Assembly (NCBI GenBank): GCA_002499185.1
Contig: DAKN01000010.1
Location: forward strand, 4,546-35,389
Reading direction: 5' to 3'
DNA from: Candidatus Pacearchaeota archaeon UBA284
Lineage (GTDB): Archaea; Nanobdellota; Nanobdellia; Pacearchaeales; UBA284
Length of the DNA: 30,844 nt
Of the stretch, positions 26,626 through 30,844 are shown piece by piece (positions within the stretch are counted from its first letter, which is position 1; each line of letters begins with the position of its first letter). Made by a program: the position numbers and the translations under genes. The notes under the pieces are model-generated. The model made no database searches, had not been told where the DNA came from, and saw only the letters and a program-made list of their open reading frames with translations.

Positions 26626-27418
26626 ACAGAGATTCCCATTGGGACAAAGACAATACTTCTGCTCTCTCCCCTGGCTTGAGATTATTATCTTCAAGCCATT
26701 TTTTTATTATCTCTTTATCTATTTTTAATTGGCTGTATAAGTTTCCGATTAACTGTTTTCTCGGATGAGAAAACCCGGCTTTAATTAATTTAAAGAATTC
26801 ATCGTTTTTATCAACTCCCTTCGGAGTGATGCGGATAAAAACACTGTCTATTTTAGGAGAAGGTAAAAAACAGCCTTTGGGAACGGTGAACAATATCTTG
26901 GGGTTGGCATAATACTGGACGGCAATAGACAAGATAGACATATCGCCCGGCTTGGCACAAATACGTCTCCCCTACCTCTTTTTGAATCATTAAAAAGATA
27001 TCTTCGGGCTGGTTTTTGATTTCTAATAAGTTCCTGATTAAAACCGAAGTTAAGATAATAAGGAATATTGGCGACAATTTTGTATTTTTTAATCTTTAAC
27101 ATTCAGTTTGTCATTATTAAACAGCTTAAGGATGTCTTCATTGATAATCTCCACGTTTTTAATGTTTTCCTCTTTGAGTTTTTGATTTAAAGCTATAACC
27201 ATTTCCTGGTCCTTTTCTATGCAAACAACAGCCTTGGCAACTTTTGCCATTTCTAGGGTGATCGCTCCTAATCCCGGTCCTATTTCCAAGACCGTGTCAT
27301 TGGGAGAAAGGTTAATCGAAGCCATAATCTTCCTAATCTGGTTCAGGTCTTTTAAGAGGTTTTGACCTAATCCTTTTTTGAGTCTAACAGTATTCATAAG
27401 TGCATTATACCTGACCAA
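26585..27418 (-). pseudogene. rsmA: 16S rRNA (adenine1518/1519-N6)-dimethyltransferase RsmA/KsgA disrupted by three frameshifts
   Basis: Frame 1 27418-27089: GQNLLKD...VLEIGPGLGAITLEM...VVCIEKD (SAM motif). Frame 2: KYKIVANIPYY. Frame 3: LIRNLLE...FLMIQKEVGETY. Frame 1 again 26941-26585: SILSIAVQYYANPKILFTVPKGCFLPSPKIDSVFIRI. The conserved order is preserved, but the frame changes 3 times within 26940-27100. Confidence 0.6.
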
Positions 27419-27460
27419 ATTGATTAATAAAAGGGTGTTGATTTCATGTGGAAAGATTTC

Positions 27461-27488
27461 TTGACATATGGGTGGATAGGTCTAAAAT
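27461..27488 (+). promoter_or_regulatory. promoter TTGACA-16-TAAAAT for the M23 peptidase gene
   Basis: TTGACA (27461-27466), spacer tatgggtggataggtc, TAAAAT (27483-27488). Confidence 0.5.
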
Positions 27489-27535
27489 ATATGGTATCCA
27501 GATAGATTGTCTGGAATTATGAATTATTAACTTTT

Positions 27536-28654
27536 GTGGGATTTTTAATAGAAACCCTGCAACTCTGGATTATTCTTATTCAAAAAAAAATTAAGAAAAC
27601 TATCGGCAGAATCGGTAAAAAAAGGCTCTTTTTGGCCTTTTTCGTCCTTTTTTGCGTCTGGGGTAATGTTTTCCTTAATCAGGATATAAACACCTCTAAA
27701 ACGAGCGTTTCTAAGCTTCAGAATAGCTTCTTGAGTCTTGAATCAGCCTTCCAACCGATTACCAACAATCTAATCTTTGAACAGGGAAAAATCCTATCAG
27801 CTTTGCCCTCTCCCCTGTTTGTTTCATCAGAGACCTTGGGGTCTTTGTTTGATGAAGAGACAGCCAGCAAAGATATTATTAAACACATCGTGGAAAAAGG
27901 AGAAACCTTGTCTTCAATCGCTGAGTTGTACAATATTTCAATTGAAACCCTTCTCTTGGCTAACGAATTGGATACCACCAAAATCCAACCCGGCCAAGAG
28001 CTTTTAATTTTACCGGTTAACGGCATTATTCACATGGTGGAAAAAGGAGAAACTATTGCCGCCATTGCCAAGACATATAGTGCTGACAAAGAAGAGATTA
28101 TCAGCTATAACAGTCTATCTTCTTCTGGAGAAGTATATATCGGAGATGTTTTGATTATTCCTAACGGCAAGATGCCCAAACAGTCTACCCCGACAACCAA
28201 TACCACAACTCAAAGCTATGCCCAGGTTGTTTTACCGAATTCTTATTTAATTGTTCCGACAGTAGGAACGATTACTCAGGGAGCTCATTATTCATACAGT
28301 TCCAGCGGAAAGGCTTATTATACAGCAGTAGATATTTCTAATGCGATTGGAACGCCGGTAGTGGCGGCTGCAGGAGGACAGATACAGATTGCCAAGAATA
28401 AATGGCCTTACGGAAACTATATTACTATTCTTCACCCGAATGGAGTGGTAACTCTTTATGCCCATCTAAGTTTTATTGCTAGAGGAATAGAATCAGGAGT
28501 GACTGTTTCTCAGGGACAAGTTATCGGATATATGGGTAATACCGGCCGAACCGTCAGAGGAGTGGGAGGAACCGGATCTCATTTACACTTTGAAACCAGA
28601 GGTGCAGCTAATCCGCTAACCGCTTACGGACGAGGCAGCAAGATTTCTTACTAA
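27536..28654 (+). CDS. LysM-LysM-M23 family peptidoglycan endopeptidase
   Basis: 372 aa. The start is uncertain: the ORF begins at GTG with no SD, and the N-terminal signal anchor is KKRLFLAFFVLFCVWGNVF. Two LysM repeats (HIVEKGETLSSIAELYNISIETLLLAN, HMVEKGETIAAIAKTYSADKEEIISYN). M23 domain YTAVDI...GTPVVAAAGG...ILHPNGVVTLYAHLSF...GYMGNTGR...GSHLHFE. Confidence 0.8.
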   Translation: MGFLIETLQLWIILIQKKIKKTIGRIGKKRLFLAFFVLFCVWGNVFLNQDINTSKTSVSKLQNSFLSLESAFQPITNNLIFEQGKILSALPSPLFVSSETLGSLFDEETASKDIIKHIVEKGETLSSIAELYNISIETLLLANELDTTKIQPGQELLILPVNGIIHMVEKGETIAAIAKTYSADKEEIISYNSLSSSGEVYIGDVLIIPNGKMPKQSTPTTNTTTQSYAQVVLPNSYLIVPTVGTITQGAHYSYSSSGKAYYTAVDISNAIGTPVVAAAGGQIQIAKNKWPYGNYITILHPNGVVTLYAHLSFIARGIESGVTVSQGQVIGYMGNTGRTVRGVGGTGSHLHFETRGAANPLTAYGRGSKISY

Positions 28655-28662
28655 TTAATTAA

Positions 28663-28686
28663 GCCGAACAAGAGTTCGGTTTTTTG
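28663..28686 (+). terminator. rho-independent terminator after M23 peptidase gene
   Basis: CCGAAC-aaga-GTTCGG followed by TTTTTTG. Confidence 0.7.
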
Positions 28687-28700
28687 ATATAAGCATTGTA

Positions 28701-28729
28701 TTGACATAATAATTAATATATATTATAAT
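28701..28729 (+). promoter_or_regulatory. perfect consensus sigma70 promoter TTGACA-17-TATAAT for copy 2
   Basis: TTGACA (28701-28706), 17-nt spacer, TATAAT (28724-28729). About a 58-nt leader with GAGGTG 7 nt before the ATG. Confidence 0.65.
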
Positions 28730-28787
28730 AAGAATCAATAATCTTAAAAGGTTATCAAGCTCATTACAATTATTGAGGTGTTTAAAA

Positions 28788-29075
28788 ATGAAGAACTCAA
28801 CCATTCTGATTGTTGCCGGGATCGTAATCATGGTCATCGGCGGTATCGTATTTATGAATACGTTTGCGGAAACGCAAAAGAAAACTATTAATGCTGATCA
28901 TCCTCTAAATAAATTAATAGAAAAACAAAAGCAGATGATGAAGATTGATGAGCCTAAAAATAATCCTTTCGTTTTTCCTCTCATAATAATTATGTTTGGA
29001 GTAGGATTAATTGGAGTTGGATTCTTCAGTTCTCGTCGTGCGTCCTCAACCGAACAAGAAAAATCACCGAGATAA
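28788..29075 (+). CDS. small two-TM membrane protein, paralog copy 2 (true start MKNSTILI)
   Basis: 95 aa. MKNSTILIVAGIVIMVIGGIVFMNT, a polar linker, then a second TM LIIIMFGVGLIGVGFF and an RR tail. The TTG-initiated MRCLK extension in the track was rejected. Confidence 0.6.
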   Translation: MKNSTILIVAGIVIMVIGGIVFMNTFAETQKKTINADHPLNKLIEKQKQMMKIDEPKNNPFVFPLIIIMFGVGLIGVGFFSSRRASSTEQEKSPR

Positions 29076-29090
29076 CAATATCTCGGTTTT
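29067..29090 (+). terminator. rho-independent terminator after copy 2
   Basis: CCGAGATA-acaa-TATCTCGG followed by TTTT. The stop codon lies in the hairpin. Confidence 0.6.
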
Positions 29091-29102
29091 CATATCTCTG
29101 TA

Positions 29103-29136
29103 ATAAAAAAGAAAGGGTTATTCCCCTTCTTTTTTG
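29103..29136. terminator. bidirectional terminator hairpin between convergent genes
   Basis: AAGGG-ttattc-CCCTT, flanked by aaaaaagaaa upstream and cttttttg downstream. It overlaps the stop of the DksA/TraR gene. Confidence 0.45.
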
Positions 29137-29513
29137 CAGTTACATTCGTTGTTTTTGCAGTTGCAAGTATTACAGGTTTTAGCTTCGGGTAAGGCAATCA
29201 ATCTTTCTTCTGGTATTTCGCATTCGCAGCCTGGGCATCCGCAGTCGCATTTGCCATATGTCCCCTGCTCTATCTTCTCTAAGGCCAGGTTCACATCTCT
29301 TAGACTTTCTTCTAAAGAATGTTCAACCGGTAAAAGATTTTCATATTCCTCTACCTCATCAACTTTATCTTCCGGAGTGTCGGTAAGTTGAGGGAATTCT
29401 GTTTGCCAATTATCTTCACTGGTTTTCTTGGCAAAAGTCTTTAATTGTTCTTCGATGCTTGCTTTCTTTTTCTCTAAATCTTCTTTTCTTTGAGCGATAA
29501 ATTCTGGTGTCAT
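29118..29513 (-). CDS. DksA/TraR-family C4-type zinc-finger protein with extra Cys-rich tail
   Basis: 131 aa. N-terminal coiled coil, then LEKIEQGTYGKCDCGCPGCECEIPEERLIALPEAKTCNTC (DksA/TraR C4 signature), followed by the additional tail NCKNNECNCKKEGE. Confidence 0.65.
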   Translation of the reverse strand: MTPEFIAQRKEDLEKKKASIEEQLKTFAKKTSEDNWQTEFPQLTDTPEDKVDEVEEYENLLPVEHSLEESLRDVNLALEKIEQGTYGKCDCGCPGCECEIPEERLIALPEAKTCNTCNCKNNECNCKKEGE

Positions 29514-29622
29514 ATTATATTTAATAATTTAAGAATGGCTGCAACTACCACGAAAAATATTATTGCTATTACCAGCCTCACTAATATTTTAGAAGTCGGG
29601 GTTTGTTTCTTGGCCATGTTTA

Positions 29623-30844
29623 TTATTTTATCTTCTGTTCAATGCTTATTAACTCGTCCTTGATTTGTCTAATCTGGGCTGAAACTTCCTGGTACTTTTC
29701 TTTAATGATTTTTCTGGTTGTTTCAAAGTCCCTTACCTTATCCTCTATTTCCCAGCGATCTTTCTCTAGGGCTCTTCTTTTTTCTTCGTTAGTTCTTCTT
29801 CTTAATTCGATATCTCTTAAAATAACCTCATCGGTTGTTTCGCCTTGTCTTCTTTCGAGAATCTTGATCTCGTCTTCGGTGGCTTTTTCCTTTAAGGCAA
29901 TATCGGCCAGCATTTTGTCTGACTTGTCTCTCTGCTTGGTATTCTCAAACATTTCTTTTTTAATATCTTCAACCGACTGATTTAATGGTTTCAATCTTTC
30001 TTCCAAATCTTTTTTTGTTCTTCCGAGAACAATTCTGTTTTTGTCTCTCTTTAATACTTCTAGCTGTTGAAGAGTGTCTTTTTCTTTTGCCATTACTTTT
30101 TCTGCATTCAAATCGCACTCCCTTATCTGAAGTCTTAATGATTTGATTTCATCTTCTTTTTCGTACTTTTCTTTTTCAATATTATTTCTTTCGTCTTCTA
30201 CTCTCCACCTTTCTTTTTCGACAGCTCTTTTTTCTTCCGGTGTCTTGGCCAGACCTTCTTTTTCTTCCAGGTCTTTCTTTATCTCATCGGCTCTTAACTT
30301 TTTTTCAAGAACCAATTCCAATTTTTTTTTAATATTTTCTATTTCTTCTTCAATCTCTTTTTTTCTTTGTTCGAAAGGAGCCTTTTCTTCATTTACATCC
30401 TTTAAAGCTTCTTCTAATTCAAGAGTTTGTTCATCAATTCTGGCTAATTTTTCTTCATTTTCATCAATCGCCACTAACTCTTCTTCTTTTTGTTTCGCTT
30501 CTTCTAGGCCCAACTCTTCGGCACTGGGAATTCTTTCTGCTTCTTCTAATCCCAATTCTTTTGCGCTGGGTATTTTTTCCGGTATTTCCAATTCAAGCTC
30601 TTTCTCAATTGGAGTAGGTTCTTCTTCAATAGGTAAAGTCTCGGGAATTTGTTCTTCCAATGGTTTTTCCGGTTCAGGTTCTGGCTCTGGTTCAGGTTCT
30701 GGAGGATTCATAAAGGCGACCGGAGCTTCTTCGGTTGGAGCAACCGGTCCTTTCTCTTCAATCACCTGTTTTACATTATCCTCGCTTTTGTTTGTTGAGA
30801 GAGCTAGTTCGTAAGCAAAATCCTCGGCTTTTTTAGTTTCTTCT
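29623..30844 (-). CDS. E/K-rich coiled-coil protein with (PE)n tract; 5' end beyond window
   Basis: The track ORF starts at GTG 30765, but the frame stays open upstream to the window edge (…EETKKAEDFAYELALSTNKSEDNVKQVIEEKGPV…). Contains PEPEPEPEPEPE, repeated EELGLEEA units, and two EEKRxxEKxRWxxED…QIRxxxxE modules. Confidence 0.5.
   Translation of the reverse strand, partial: EETKKAEDFAYELALSTNKSEDNVKQVIEEKGPVAPTEEAPVAFMNPPEPEPEPEPEPEKPLEEQIPETLPIEEEPTPIEKELELEIPEKIPSAKELGLEEAERIPSAEELGLEEAKQKEEELVAIDENEEKLARIDEQTLELEEALKDVNEEKAPFEQRKKEIEEEIENIKKKLELVLEKKLRADEIKKDLEEKEGLAKTPEEKRAVEKERWRVEDERNNIEKEKYEKEDEIKSLRLQIRECDLNAEKVMAKEKDTLQQLEVLKRDKNRIVLGRTKKDLEERLKPLNQSVEDIKKEMFENTKQRDKSDKMLADIALKEKATEDEIKILERRQGETTDEVILRDIELRRRTNEEKRRALEKDRWEIEDKVRDFETTRKIIKEKYQEVSAQIRQIKDELISIEQKIK

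Noticed and set aside
18197-29100. Calling the locus a conjugative T4SS / integrative element
   Set aside because: No VirB4/VirD4/VirB11 ATPase, relaxase, integrase, transposase or tRNA attachment site occurs in the window. Only VirB6-like, pilin-like and hydrolase components are present, so I describe it as T4SS-related, or novel, rather than a conjugation system.
30143-30814. 223-aa Ser-rich plus-strand ORF and similar ORFs 29134-29980
   Set aside because: They are antisense to the E/K-rich coiled-coil and DksA/TraR genes. Low-complexity Ser/Phe/Leu strings are the expected mirror of GAA/AAG-rich coding.
1-30844. Alternative genetic code (UGA recoding, as in some CPR lineages)
   Set aside because: Long uninterrupted ORFs with conserved C-termini end at TGA, TAA or TAG as expected under the standard code. 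For example pheS, hisC and DegT terminate where homologs do.
1-30844. CRISPR arrays, rRNA, tRNA genes
   Set aside because: No regularly spaced direct repeats with unique spacers were found, and no rRNA- or tRNA-like conserved segments. The only repeats seen are the 57-bp pair, the 24-bp tandem inside the VirB6-like gene, and the ~130-bp inverted paralog 5' ends.

Overview
AT-rich (~33% GC) bacterial chromosomal segment. It reads in the standard genetic code, genes are tightly packed, and promoters sit close to the TTGACA-17-TATAAT consensus. Gene content looks like a reduced-genome lineage, plausibly Patescibacteria/CPR, but that is inference only. Left part (1-9.7 kb): housekeeping genes. 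These are an LdcA-like peptidase (partial), a CYTH protein, HAD hydrolases, hisC, a class II aldolase, a P-loop kinase::FkbM methyltransferase fusion, the pheS-pheT operon and a Ham1-like NTPase. Middle (9.8-16.7 kb): an AstE/AspA-like gene bracketed by a 57-bp direct repeat, followed by a six-gene minus-strand operon for nucleotide-sugar modification (HAD, Gfo/Idh/MocA, NUDIX, ATP-grasp, DegT aminotransferase, Gfo/Idh/MocA). Right part (18.2-29.1 kb) is the interesting accessory locus. It holds a VirB6/TrbL-like polytopic membrane protein and a small acidic protein. A plus-strand operon encodes a small membrane protein plus three paralogous proteins of 896, 440 and 368 aa. These three share an N-terminal module that resembles a VirB2/TrbC pilin (two hydrophobic helices around a small polar loop; the 440- and 368-aa proteins also carry a cleavable signal peptide). 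That module is fused to large, unrelated extracellular domains, one of them about 800 aa with about 50 cysteines. A LysM-LysM-M23 cell-wall hydrolase follows. The module is bracketed by two inverted paralogous genes for small two-TM proteins whose first ~130 nt (RBS plus ~33 codons) are conserved at nucleotide level, each behind a perfect consensus promoter. No VirB4/VirD4 ATPase, relaxase, integrase or transposase is in the window. Also notable: ksgA/rsmA broken by three frameshifts within ~150 bp, a Zn-ribbon insertion in PheS, a compact PheT, back-to-back divergent promoters with abutting -35 boxes and several apparently leaderless first genes, a DksA/TraR zinc-finger protein, and a partial E/K-rich coiled-coil protein with a (PE)n tract. 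No tRNA, rRNA or CRISPR was seen.
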